Part shown: one piece after another, positions 1-11,158 of the stretch
Layout: each line of letters starts with the position of its first letter
How positions within the stretch are numbered: the first letter of the stretch is position 1
Source of the DNA: Octopus sinensis
Lineage: Eukaryota
Direction of reading: 5' to 3'
NCBI RefSeq assembly: GCF_006345805.1
Contig: NC_043005.1
Coordinates: forward strand, 32,240,001 to 32,304,000
DNA length: 64,000 nucleotides
The notes under the pieces: generated by a model
Databases searched by the model: none
The model's input: the letters and a program-made list of their open reading frames with translations, nothing else
What the model was told of the DNA's origin: nothing
Translations under genes and position numbers: made by a program

Positions 1-270
1 ATGATCACATTACAACGAAGCACTGTGAAAGTGAGCTAGAACATTAAACATAGTGCACATGCACAGTAGAGGTCAAGGACAATCTGTGCCAAGCAGCTTC
101 ACTGTGTGCTTTAGCATTGTTATAGAGGCAACAGGCCGGATATTTATTGATTAGTCCTCATATATATATATATAATCCTTTTATGTCTGTTTTCCATGCT
201 GATAAGGGTTGGATGGTTTGACCAGAGCTGGCAGCCAAAGAGCTGCACCAGGTTCCAGTTTGATTTGTAT

Positions 271-432
271 GTATGCTCCAGATATAGATGTGCGCGCATG
301 CCTGTACGCCCCAGATACAGAAGTGTGTGCACACCTATATGCCCCAGATACAGACACACATGCACGTTTGTATGCCTCAGATACAAACATATGCATGTCT
401 GTATGCCCCAGATACAAACATAATGCATGTAT
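271..432. repeat. About 33-bp minisatellite (core TATGCCCCAGATAC), 5 units, next to an RTE 3' stub
   Basis: Direct repeats visible in the sequence. They account for the spurious ORFs at 144-566. Confidence 0.85.
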
Positions 433-548
433 GCACACAAATACATATGAGTATATTAATACTTGTGGGCATAAGTATGATGTATGGTCATAGAAAATAT
501 TTTAAGAGAAAAATCTATATCAGTAAGACTAGTTTTGTAAAAACTTAC

Positions 549-663
549 CTTACGCTTATCTACTAAGCCTTGTTTCAAAATGAGATTGCCTTCAACAAAT
601 TTGTGAAAATCATTTTCTCGGGCCTGTTTTTCGAGCAATTCTTTCCGTTGATCTTCAGTAATC
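549..663 (-). CDS. PDPK1: PDK1 exon 12 (ITEDQRKELLEKQ...FVEGNLILKQGLVDKRK; PH domain start); gene continues past window start
   Basis: tgtag acceptor and gtaagt donor, 115 nt, phase 2/0. Matches human FSEDEKRLLLEKQ...FVENNLILKMGPVDKRK. Confidence 0.95.
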
Positions 664-831
664 CTACAATGAAAAACAACCATCTTCCATAAATGGCACA
701 AAACAATGTATATTTCATTTATCATGTTTTTTTTTTATCATTATTCTACTAGCTGCTGCTAACTAATGAATGTATAAAGTGCAGTAAAAGGGTAGTGAAC
801 TTCTAAATAGAGGAACCTTAAATTTTTTTAA

Positions 832-1028
832 CCCTTTAGCTTTTAAACTTGCCATATCTGGCCCAAATATTCTGCCCATTTTATTTTTAAACTGGCCAGA
901 TCTGGCCTCTCACACCTATTAATATCATTCTAAAAATAAACAATCACTGAAAATTCAAAGATAATTAATTCAAACAATAAGAATAAATAACGTATAACAT
1001 TTGACAGAATAATCTGAATGCTAAAGGG
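832..1028. mobile_element. piggyBac-type MITE
   Basis: TTAA|CCCTTTAGC ... GCTAAAGGG|CTAA: inverted termini with a TTAA-like target site. Confidence 0.7.
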
Positions 1029-1307
1029 CTAATAGCTTCAACTTGTGACATGGAATTGCTCTCCTCATTAACAAATGCTTCCTGCACAACTGATCAGGGA
1101 TTGAGTTACATAAAATGCAATCCAGCTTTGTGACCAGAAGAGGTAGTATTGATGCAATCGTAGTCTTTTTTGTCACCAATAGAAGTAACTGTTCCTTGAA
1201 TTTTCCTTACTATGTTCTTACTTGGAGTATACTTTCAGAGCATCCTCTTCCATTACTAATTTGAGTACCTAAGAAACAAGCTGCTATCAACCACCTCTAG
1301 GAATACA

Positions 1308-1570
1308 ATTCTACATTTAAGAGATGAGGAATTATGTACATTATTTACATTCGACAGATATTTGTCCTCATCTTGTTTTCTGTTAACACAACGTTTCAGC
1401 TGATACACCCTCCAGCCTTCTTCAGGTGTCTTGGGGAAATTTCGAACCTGGGTTCTCATTCCTAAGGTATTTTTTGATATCATTATTATTATTGTTCAGG
1501 TCACTGCTTCGATTCAAACTGGGAATCTTGGGGTTAGTAGCCCGCGTTCTTAACCACTACGCCATATGCC
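1308..1570 (-). mobile_element. tRNA-headed SINE-like element with a Penelope-like tail (may extend to about 1700)
   Basis: A box TGGCGTAGTGG, B box GTTTGAATC, an (AAT)n linker, then a tail containing a hammerhead core. Confidence 0.75.
1385..1430 (-). ncRNA. Minimal type I hammerhead ribozyme motif
   Basis: ACAC-CUGAAGA-A-GGCUG-(10 nt loop)-CAGCU-GAAA-CGUU-GUGU. Stem I is ACAC/GUGU, stem II is 5 bp, stem III is the loopless palindrome ACGU, and the cleavage triplet is GUU. Confidence 0.7.
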
Positions 1571-3690
1571 TGTGGGCAATTATGGAGTGAATGCTCAGTG
1601 CAAAGAATATAAGTAGCGATCATGATACACAAAACGAAGAAATGATCAAGTTAAATAACGATCTGTTAAGCAACAACTACCCCAAAAGTATACTATCCAC
1701 TCCAATTATGAGTTGTCACAAACTGTAGCAACCCTTGTTTTTTCTTGGACAATTTTGGAATTGTGGAGAGCACAGACTTGTATGCTAGTGTAAGAAAAAT
1801 AAAATTGAATAAGAACTTTCCAACCACCGATCCATGGTCTCTAGAAACAGCATAACCTGATCTTTGGTAATTATAGGGTTCAATTACTAAGCAATGAGTC
1901 ATATGGATTTCAGCTGTTGTTACATTCAGGTCTTTCTCAAGAGCAATACTAATGGGAAAATAGTCCTAATCTCGTACTTCAAGTAATTAATCACCATCAT
2001 TTAACATCCGCTTTCCATGCTGGCATGGATTGGACAGTTTGGAAGACAGCACCAAGCTTCAGTGTCTGTTTTGGCATGGTTCTTATGGCTGGATGCCCTT
2101 CCTAACACCAATAACCCTGTGGAGTGTTTAATTTTTCACTTATTCACAGTAGTTACATTAATTCACAGAAAATGTTACAACAATTATTTTACTGTCACTG
2201 ACAGTGTTGGTGGTTTAACTGATGTACTCTTTGTTATAGGTGACACTTGGAGCAGTGATTTCACAAAAACCAGGGAGAGGATTGAGAAGCGTGGTCCATT
2301 AGGTGTAGCAATGTTAACTTGAGGTAAATTAGGGGGCTGAACAACAAAAAATGGCAGTTGGTTGCTGAAAGAGAGATAACCAAATAATGTGGTAATGTTG
2401 TTAGAGCATTCGCAAGGTGAAAGGGGATTTGATGGTGTTATAGCAATAGATAGAGACCATTATTTCACATTTAAGGAAATTTAAGGTTTCAAAATTGAAA
2501 TGTGTGTAGAGATGTTCCATGAAACACTTGCCACGCATCAATGTGCTCTCACTTTAGAGAAATTTTGACAAAAATAATGTTGCTGTTGACATTAACAAAA
2601 CCTGTGGATCTAGCATCCAAACCTCTGAGCAAAACTTCTTGCCTAAGGGTCTCCATCCATTTCACATCTCTTGGAAAGCTTGCTTCCAGATTGCAACATT
2701 GTAGCATATGTTGAGTACTCTCTATAGCTCATTCTCTAGGGTTCCTCAGGATCTGCCCTCTCTTCCAAGATATCAATCACTCACTACCATATTCAACAAT
2801 ACCCATTCCTATGCACATGATCTCCACTCCTCTCTCATCTCCCTTAACCATGCATTATCCACATGTAACCTAGACACCACACCTGAAAATGGATACCTTA
2901 TAAACATCCTGCAGTGAATGCATGGGTGGGTCATGCCAACAATAATTTCTTAACAGCTAAGAAACTCAAACTCTATTCATAAGAAAATACTACTCTAATC
3001 ATAAGTGGCATTCAACTAGAGACCTCCCATCTCTCCAACTGTCAGACCACACAATCAGCAAAGATCTTTTAGCATAGTTAAGACCATATCCCAAAGACTA
3101 ACTCTTCTCTTCAGGGCCAGAAGATATGCTACTGATACTCCACAAGGATAGAGGATTTACATCTAGATCAGGAGTGCAACTATGAACACTGACATCATAG
3201 ACCACATCTAGGTGAGCCATTCAGCTAATGGGAATCCTTTTACTACTGAACACACTAACTTCTAGCCCACAGACATGCCTGTCTTTTTTATCACTATTAT
3301 AATGGTCTCTACTACTCAGGTACTCCTGACCCATTCATCTCTCCACATCTCATCCAACCCCATATTTCAACCCTAACCCCTATTTCCCCACAACATCATT
3401 GCCCTAAAATGTTCCCTGCATGTGCTGACCAGCAACAAATTAATGTTATTAACGTACAATTTTAATCTCACCAATGTTAGATGGCCTGCAAGTCCTCCAG
3501 ACTCAGCAAGTAAAAAGAAATGCTAAAACTATGTTGATGTTTTTTATGCAGGTATGAAACCAGCTCCAATAGTGTTTCAGGAGAGGAGAAATTATGATTT
3601 TATGTTTCCTAAAGGCATTAATAAAATGAAAAAAGTGAAACTGAAGTTACAATTTCAGCTTGTGGAGCAAACAATAACAAAAGTACTTAC

Positions 3691-3737
3691 ACTGTTTCAG
3701 TTATTATCTCCCCAATTCTAGCATCATCAAGTCCAGG
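3691..3737 (-). CDS. PDPK1: PDK1 exon 11 (PGLDDARIGEIITET; kinase-PH linker)
   Basis: Strong polypyrimidine tract with cag acceptor, gtaagt donor, 47 nt, phase 0/2. Supplies exactly the phase that exon 12 needs. Confidence 0.8.
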
Positions 3738-4244
3738 CTGATACAAATAAATAAAAAAAAATTAAAAATCAAAATTGCAAAGGTGATATCATCCAAGACA
3801 ATATGTAAAATTATGTAAAGAAGGAATGTATCAAATTCTTCCATGGCTATTCCTTAGACCTAAGGATGAGAGAAGGCTACATCATGTCTGCTATTAAACA
3901 GTTAAATGATCTGTTCATTTCCTCATTGCTTTGCAAACTTTCTTATTGCCACTTGCATTTTTAAGCCTGGGCTCGTTAATGTTGGCCTACATTCTTCAAA
4001 CTGTCACTCTGGTTGATAGCTCTCTCTTAGATAATATGTTTTACTCATTAATAAAGTGCTATACCATTAAATTAAAACAACAGTATGCTAATTGATCAGC
4101 ATTATATGATATCTTGAGGAGAATAAGCTATAATGATTGAAAGATGTTTTTTTTGGGTCATGTTAGAATATTTAATGTTTAGAAATAGATACCACAAATT
4201 ATATAGTCCAGTTCCATATGATTAGCAGACTTCTTTCCTATACT

Positions 4245-4612
4245 ACATCACCATCATTATTTTAATGCTCACTTTTCCATGCTCATATGGGTTGAACAGA
4301 ACTGAGCCTTCCTATTATCAACCCCCACCTGTTCTCAAGCAAGGTAATATTTCTCCATGGTGAGATGTTTTTTTGCAAGATATTAAATGAATGGCCCTGC
4401 TTGTATGACAGTTATGCTTGTTTACAACCATCACAATGTCAAAACAAAGTTACACACAAATGATGAGTTTCTTTCAGTTTTTTTGTACCAAATCCACTCA
4501 CAAGGTTTTGGCTGGCCTGGGGCTATGGAGAAGACACTTGCCCAAAGTGCCAAGCAGTGGTGTTCAACTCAAGACCACATATTTAGAAAGTAAGCTTCTT
4601 GACCATCAGTAA
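4245..4612 (-). mobile_element. Composite SINE: tRNA-like head plus RTE-like 3' tail
   Basis: The head and core (GGGCAAGTGTCTTC, GTGAGTGGATTTGGT) are shared with the 29983 SINE. The tail resembles the RTE 3' end ending in (GAT)n. Similar copies occur at about 12640-12960, 40600-40975 and 49660-49990. Confidence 0.65.
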
Positions 4613-4879
4613 TGCTTGTGCTTATAGTTAAATATTAAGTTTATTCCAAAATAAGCATCAAGTTTGAAATAAATTCTTAATTATCTTTGCACCAATCCAA
4701 TAGAAATTTAAAGACATCACTTTTCAGAACTGTTGAAACAGCCCACCACATCTAGACGTTACAGTATTTTTGCATTTTACCATCTCTTACCATAAAATGT
4801 GTTATCACAAAATGTGTTTTAACTGTACTGAAAGTTTACCAGAAACAATGAGACACAGGACAAAAACTTTTTTACAAAC

Positions 4880-5056
4880 CCGATAGTGGCTCCATAAACT
4901 GGGATTGCTAGGTGTGGCAGGTAAATAGGGGAGAAGATCAGGTGGGTCTTGCGTCCAAAGATGGTCCCAAACAATACCATCAAAGAAAGGATGTTTTTTA
5001 AGTGGTTTAAAGCCTCCAGATTCAGGACTACCAAGTCGTTTTTGGGGATTGAATAC
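4880..5056 (-). CDS. PDPK1: PDK1 exon 10 (VFNPQKRLG...KHPFF...PYLPATPSNPSLWSHYR)
   Basis: ttcag acceptor and gtttgt donor, 177 nt, phase 0/0. End of the kinase domain. Confidence 0.93.
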
Positions 5057-6887
5057 CTGAAAATAGACATTTATAAAGTTTACCTTCTTTTATTTAAGGA
5101 AAGTGCAATGAAATTAGTTAATCTAAATTTTGGTACAACTATCAAGACTTTAGTCTTGGTTTCTAAAAAGAGGATATTTTATTTCCATTGTTACTTCATC
5201 TGATACAGGAAGCAATGTCAGAGTTGTTTCTTCAAACGTTGTTTAGGTTTGTTTTTGTGATTGAAAGTTTAAGTAGTGTAGGTCACTTATTTTAAAATGT
5301 GCAAGTTTAGCAGCTGTAAGTGTCTCTTATCAGTCAACAACACTATCACCTCAAGCCACTCTTCTAAATCAACAGTCTAGTCCTTACATAACATTATACA
5401 ACATATTGTAGGTGTTAGAATTTAATGCTCAAAGTACTATAACATCTTCAACAAAATAGGCTTGTATAAGCAGTACTTCACCTTTTTTTTATATGTAATT
5501 CAGATAGTTTTGAATATTAATGGTACAAGTAAAAATCATACTAATAGAGAAAAAAGGGATGCCAGCAGTATATAAGAATTTGGATGGGATTGAATTTTAA
5601 AAGTGTGTTTAACATGTGAAGTTGTCCTTCGCTTATTTCTTTTTAAGGTTAAAGTTATTTGTAACTCGTATGTTGTTTCCTAACCAATACTCCAGAAATT
5701 ACGTAAATCTGACTAGCAAGGTCTTATTCAATATTATTTATATTAAATCCAAATTCAATCGTTTTAACAGTATTATAAATAAAACAGGAGTGTTCTCCCT
5801 CAGTTTACTTGTTTTTTTAAGAAAGCCTGTGATAAAGGTCTTTTTCTAATTCTTCTAAGAGTTGAGAAGAAGGACGAGTATTGAATTTTTAAAACTAATT
5901 CTTCAAACTATTCGAGAAAGAATTGAGGTAAATGACTTAAGGTCATGCTGGAGAAAAATAGATAATGCAATGTCTATTTCATGAGCTTGACAACAATTCA
6001 ACACTACAAGACATACAGAATGTTGGGTGACAAAGCTTCCTGTGGCAGCTTAAAAGTCACTGAAAAATATCAGAAATCTTGGGTTTTTATAAGTTACTTT
6101 AGATATTTTTAGAAGTGTCCAGAAACTAAATTTCAGAATTTTTGGTTGAAAACTAGGACAGCTTTGGCTAATAATTTATTATTAAGCCAATGAAAAGAAT
6201 CTTTTAAGATTGACTTCGTCTAAACTTCTATTTTAGCGCCAAAAGATTTCCACGGAACAACTCCAGTTGATTTCAAAACATATCTGCTACAAAGCTTTTT
6301 ACTACATGTGCATTAAAAGAAAGAAAATAAAATAAAAATGCAGTTAAAGTATGAAGTTGGGAAAGGGAGAAAATATATTTATTCAAAAGTGATATATAAG
6401 GAAATGTTTTAGAGATAACAGTTTTAGTGTTATCATATTCCATTGTTAAAATTTTTTTCTTTTATCTTGTTTTGGGTTAAATTCTGTGAATATTCTTACA
6501 GAACCTTCAAACAATTTGAAACATGGCCAGATTTAGAAAGAAGATATGGCTTTAAAATTTTTCTAAACACAATTGGCATACATTTTAATGCTAAAAATGG
6601 TGATATTCCTCTGTTCACAATTTTCCCATAAATAATGTTATTAAAATGAAATAAAAATTTTCTTCAAAAATTTGTGCTTGGAAAGAGCAAACAATGAACT
6701 AGTTTTGAGGTCAGCTAAGCATTTTGGAAAAAATCATTTTTTTACTAAAAAAAACAACTGAAAATACTACAACTTATTTAGTGTAGAATATGTGTTATGT
6801 ATCTTATATGAGTGGATCTAAATATATAAAAATTGGCTATAAAACAATACAGAGTAAATAAATTCAAAAGCTACAGATGTTACTCAC

Positions 6888-6984
6888 CAATAATTTCTGG
6901 ACCAAATCTTTGGCAACAGGATTGAAACCATCAGGGAACTCATAGTCAAGTTTTAAAATCTTTTGAAATATCTGATATTCATGG
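6888..6984 (-). CDS. PDPK1: PDK1 exon 9 (HEYQIFQKILKLDYEFPDGFNPVAKDLVQKLL)
   Basis: tttag acceptor and gtgagt donor, 97 nt, phase 2/0. Confidence 0.96.
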
Positions 6985-7629
6985 CTAAAAGTAGAAAATC
7001 ATTTGCATGTATTGGTACACTTTAATCAATATTATACTTGCAGTTTTAAAGTAATGTATTTTTTATATGGCAGTAAATAGGCTCAAAGAACATTTTCATT
7101 CATTTTATTTATTTCTTCCTTACCAAACCATATTCTGACAATTAGAATCATGGTCAACTTCCATGTTGGTTAAGCAACCAAACATCCAATGTTTGTTGTC
7201 ATTAATGCAAAGCTACAATTATTAAAGCCACTCTTACTCAGTTCAACTAGCTGTGCATGTGGACAGATGATTACATGTTGCTCACAAGAGTAAACAGTGG
7301 GGCCACTGTGTAAATTAAGGATTACTTCATTAGTGTTGTGCTGGCCAAGACTTCCAACTGAGGTTTAGGTGATAGGAAAACAGTTTAAACCAATTCTATC
7401 AAAATATTGAACATGAACAAGTGGTGAGTGAAAATTATGAAATTTAGTCCATTTATAACAACACAAGCCTATCAAGGCAACAAACCTAGATCCTGTAGGA
7501 TTTAGCACTTTTGGGATAGCAGCTAAAGCCAATTTTACTATTGGCCAGTAAAAATATAATTTTATTGAATGAATAAAAGACATTTAAGAAGTAATTTTTG
7601 TTCTTTTAAATTTAGAAATAGTTACTCAC

Positions 7630-7698
7630 TTTCCCCAGAAAGGTGGTAAACCAGAATGTAGTTGGTAGATTATACATCCCAAGGCCCACAAGTCAGAG
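7630..7698 (-). CDS. PDPK1: PDK1 exon 8 (SDLWALGCIIYQLHSGLPPFWG)
   Basis: ttcag acceptor and gtgagt donor, 69 nt, phase 2/2. Confidence 0.96.
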
Positions 7699-8971
7699 CT
7701 GAAAGGAAATTGAAAATTTATAACAGCAACTGAAACATTTCAACTAAATATGTTGTAAATACATTTGACAGATCTAACAATATATTTTATGTTAACATTT
7801 CTAAAATGACAAGTGAAAGGATTACTTTGGTCCAAAGGTAAGAATACCTATCACGTCTAAAGGAGATGTGGGTTCATGTTCGATGGGCAGTCTTCTACAT
7901 TTTCTATCCAAAAGAGATTTTCAGCCCAATATTTACATGCTATTATTTGAAGCTTTATGTAATGTGCTTCAAGAACCAATGTTCTCCAAAAGAATATATA
8001 CATATATCCATATAAATGTGTGGAATAAGATATAGACTCAGAATCATGTAGTTATCACAGTAAGCTCCTCATACAGTCCTGGCTATCAGTCCATATAATA
8101 ATCAATTACAAAGTAGTGTAATGTAAAATGTTCATGTCACAGAAAATCAAGAAAATCCAAGTAATAAAATTATTCTGTGAAGAATATATAAAAACAAATA
8201 TTAAAGGTGAATATTGATTTATTTAACCATATGACTTCCATGTAATTTTGATTTCAGAATACAAGAAATTATGTACATGGTTGCATAAATGTGTGTGCTT
8301 AGCATTATTTCACAAACATTGTGGTTACATCAACAGTTCAACTCTAAATATAGACACAAAATTCACTTTTTATATACAAACTGCATGAAAAGCTGGAACC
8401 GCACAAAATTAGATTTGGTCAGTAAAAGGTAAACATCAGAGTAAAGCAATGACATGGCTCTATAGTTATAGGAAAATTTTCTTCACATGTGAACTAGATT
8501 TTGTACCCAACAGAAGTCAACCAGTTATTGTAAACAAAATAATGCACTAAAATATAACAATAGTCAACAGTTGTGACAGGGTTTCAAAAGGGAACACTGT
8601 ACAACATTCAACAAACATTTTCTGAAGATCCTAATTCCTAGTACAATAGACAATATTAAAGGCAACCCAATCTCCATTATTACTGAAGTAATAGGTAGAT
8701 GAAATTGAGGTACTTGGGTATTTCTCTAGGCTTCGTCAGAGATTATAAAGTACATAATGTTAAGTTATAAATAAATATAAATGTAAAATATTAAATTAAT
8801 GGTAAAATATCTCTTTACCTTCACCCATTTAGTAAACTAGGTAATGTAATTGCAATGCAATAAAAAATACTTGTGTATTAATAATTGGGTATTCTACCAG
8901 CAGTATATTGGATAGAGATTATCCCGTAGTGGGTTGGATTCACAACCTATAACTTTCTTGGAGTTATATAT

Positions 8972-10058
8972 CAAGTCAGTAGCGGGGGCGGGCATGCTGA
9001 AAGTGTAACTGCTAGAGTAAGAATAGCTTGGGCAAAGTTCAGAGAGCTCTTACCTCTGCTGGTGACAAAAGGCCTCTCGCTCAGAGTAAAAGGCAGACTG
9101 TATGACGCGCGTGTAGGAAAAAACATGCTACATGGCAGTGAAACATGGGCCGTGACTGCTGAGGATATGCGTAAGCTCGCAAGAAATGAAGCCAGTATGC
9201 TCCGATGGATGTTTAATGTCAGTGTTTATACTCGACAGAGTGAACGTACCTTGAGAGAGAAGCTGGACCTAAGAAGCATCAGTTGTGGTGTGCAAGAGAG
9301 ACATTTGTGCTGGTATGGTCATGTGGCAAGAATGGATGAAGATAGTTGTGTGAAAAAATGCTATACCCTAGCAGTTGAGGGAACCTGTGGAAGAGGCAGA
9401 CCCAGGAAAACCTGGGACGAGGTGGTGAAGCACGACCTTCGAACTTTAGGTCTCACTGAGGAAATGACTAGAGACCGAGACCTTTGAAAGTGTGCTGTGC
9501 GTGAGAAGACCCGGCAGGACAAGTGAGACCATAACCCGTGGCCTCTACATGGGATGTGCCAGTCCACTTATGCATACCTTTCCTTCTTGGGACACAAAAC
9601 TCTACTTGTGAAGACCTGTTGAGGCAAGTGAGAATCGAAATCGATCAACATCAATGGAAATTGCAGCTGTGATACCAGTACCGGTGGCACGTAAGAGAAC
9701 CATCCGAACGTGGCCGTTGCCAGCGCCGCCCCGACTGGCCTCGTGCCGGTGGCACGTAAAAAGCACCATCTGTTTGTGGCTGTTGTCACCCTCACCTGGC
9801 CCCCGTACCGGTGGCACGTAAAAAGCACCATCCGATCGTGGCCGTTTGCCAGCCTCGTCTGGCACCTGTGCTGGTGGCACGTAAAAAGCACCCACTACAC
9901 TTACGGAGTGGTTGGCGTTAGGAAGGGCATCCAGCCGTAGAAACATTGCCAGATCAGACTGGGCCTGGTGCTCCTTCTGGCTTCCCAGACCTCAGTTGAG
10001 CTGTCCAACCCATGCTAGCATGGAAAGCGGACGCTAAATGATGATGATGATGATGATG
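8972..10058 (+). mobile_element. 5'-truncated RTE-clade LINE (RT C-terminus, 3' UTR repeats, (GAT)n tail)
   Basis: ORF 9062-9487 contains MLHGSETW, LRWM, WYGHVARM and GRGRPRKTW. It ends in a GAT microsatellite. Confidence 0.9.
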
Positions 10059-10286
10059 AAGGCGACGAGCTGGCAGAATCGTTAGCACGCCGGGTGAAAT
10101 GCTTATCGGTATTTCGTCTGCCGCTACGTTCTGAGTTCAAATTCTGCCGAGGTCGACTTTGCCTTTCATCCTTTCGGGGTCGATTAAATAAGTACCAGTT
10201 ACGTACTGGGGTCGATATAATCGACTTAATCTGTTTGTCATTGTTTGTCCTCTCTGTGTTTAGCCCCTTGTGGATAGTAAAGAGAG
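10059..10286 (+). mobile_element. tRNA-headed SINE (second family) inserted in the RTE (GAT)n tail
   Basis: Head GGCGACGAGCTGGCAGAATCG...GAGTTCAAATTC, with GAT repeats on both sides. A degenerate copy is at about 31517-31735. Confidence 0.75.
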
Positions 10287-10727
10287 TGATGATGATGATA
10301 TATATATATCCGTATGTGCACACACATACACCCATACGTATGCACATCCACATGCACGTGAACAATCATACGTACACACACCTGTTGCTGTCGTTCATGA
10401 CAGTCTATAGCCATTTCCAAGCATGACTTTTACATGAACTTTACAACAGCCAAACCTGAGAGCATCAAAGTGATGACATTGTTTTACATCTTAAACACAC
10501 AATGCCAACATGCAGAGGGTAACGCACATCATTTTGTGGTCATTTTTGTATGTTTGCATGAGTCAGGTGTGTGTGTATTTCAAACTTCTACACACAATAG
10601 GTTTCCATACAGCTTCTTGCCATCAGTTTCACTCATAAGCCATTGGTCCAACCAGTGCCATAATTGAAGACACTTGCTGTCCAAAGTGCCTGGAACTAAA
10701 CCTTATAACATTTAAAAAATAACTCAC

Positions 10728-10827
10728 CTGCTTGTACTCCTGCTGGTAAGTACTTCAGGTGACACATATTGAGCAGTGCCAACAAAAGACTTCCGGCGCT
10801 GAGAATGGCGGTTCTCCTTGCTGCCAT
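10728..10827 (-). CDS. PDPK1: PDK1 exon 7 (DGSKENRHSQRRKSFVGTAQYVSPEVLTSRSTS)
   Basis: ttctag acceptor and gtgagt donor, 100 nt, phase 1/2. Contains the SFVGTAQYVSPE signature. Confidence 0.96.
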
Positions 10828-11158
10828 CTAGAAAAATAAAATGATTTTTGTCTGTAATTTGTCTGCAATATGGTTTCTTTGCTCACAAGAAGTTTGAGTA
10901 TATTTACCATATTACTGAATCTGAAAGACTAAAAGCTTCCTTGATACGATGTAAATTCAGAAATACCTTCCACCAAAAAAAAAAAACAAATCAAATTTAA
11001 ATTGTCTATTGCAGACAAACATTCAACATCATAACAGCAGTAAAATCCTTGCTCTATTTCAACATTATATAACATTCAAAAGACAAGCACTGACTAGAAT
11101 AATCTTGTTTGTTTCTGTTTATTCTAGACAAGTGACAACAATAATAATTCACATTTAC

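Noticed and set aside
144-566. Several overlapping 75-100 aa ORFs
   Set aside because: They are produced by the minisatellite and the RTE stub.
1497-1570. Functional tRNA genes here and at 10061 and 30270-30340
   Set aside because: A and B boxes are present, but the acceptor stems do not close and each runs into a SINE body.
1740-1790. Extra PDK1 linker exon after the acceptor-like ttttcttacactag
   Set aside because: There is no good donor, and the frame required by exon 11 reaches a stop.
9678-9892. CRISPR array (palindromic repeats with spacers)
   Set aside because: The context is eukaryotic with no cas genes. The spacers resemble each other and the array recurs in every RTE 3' UTR.
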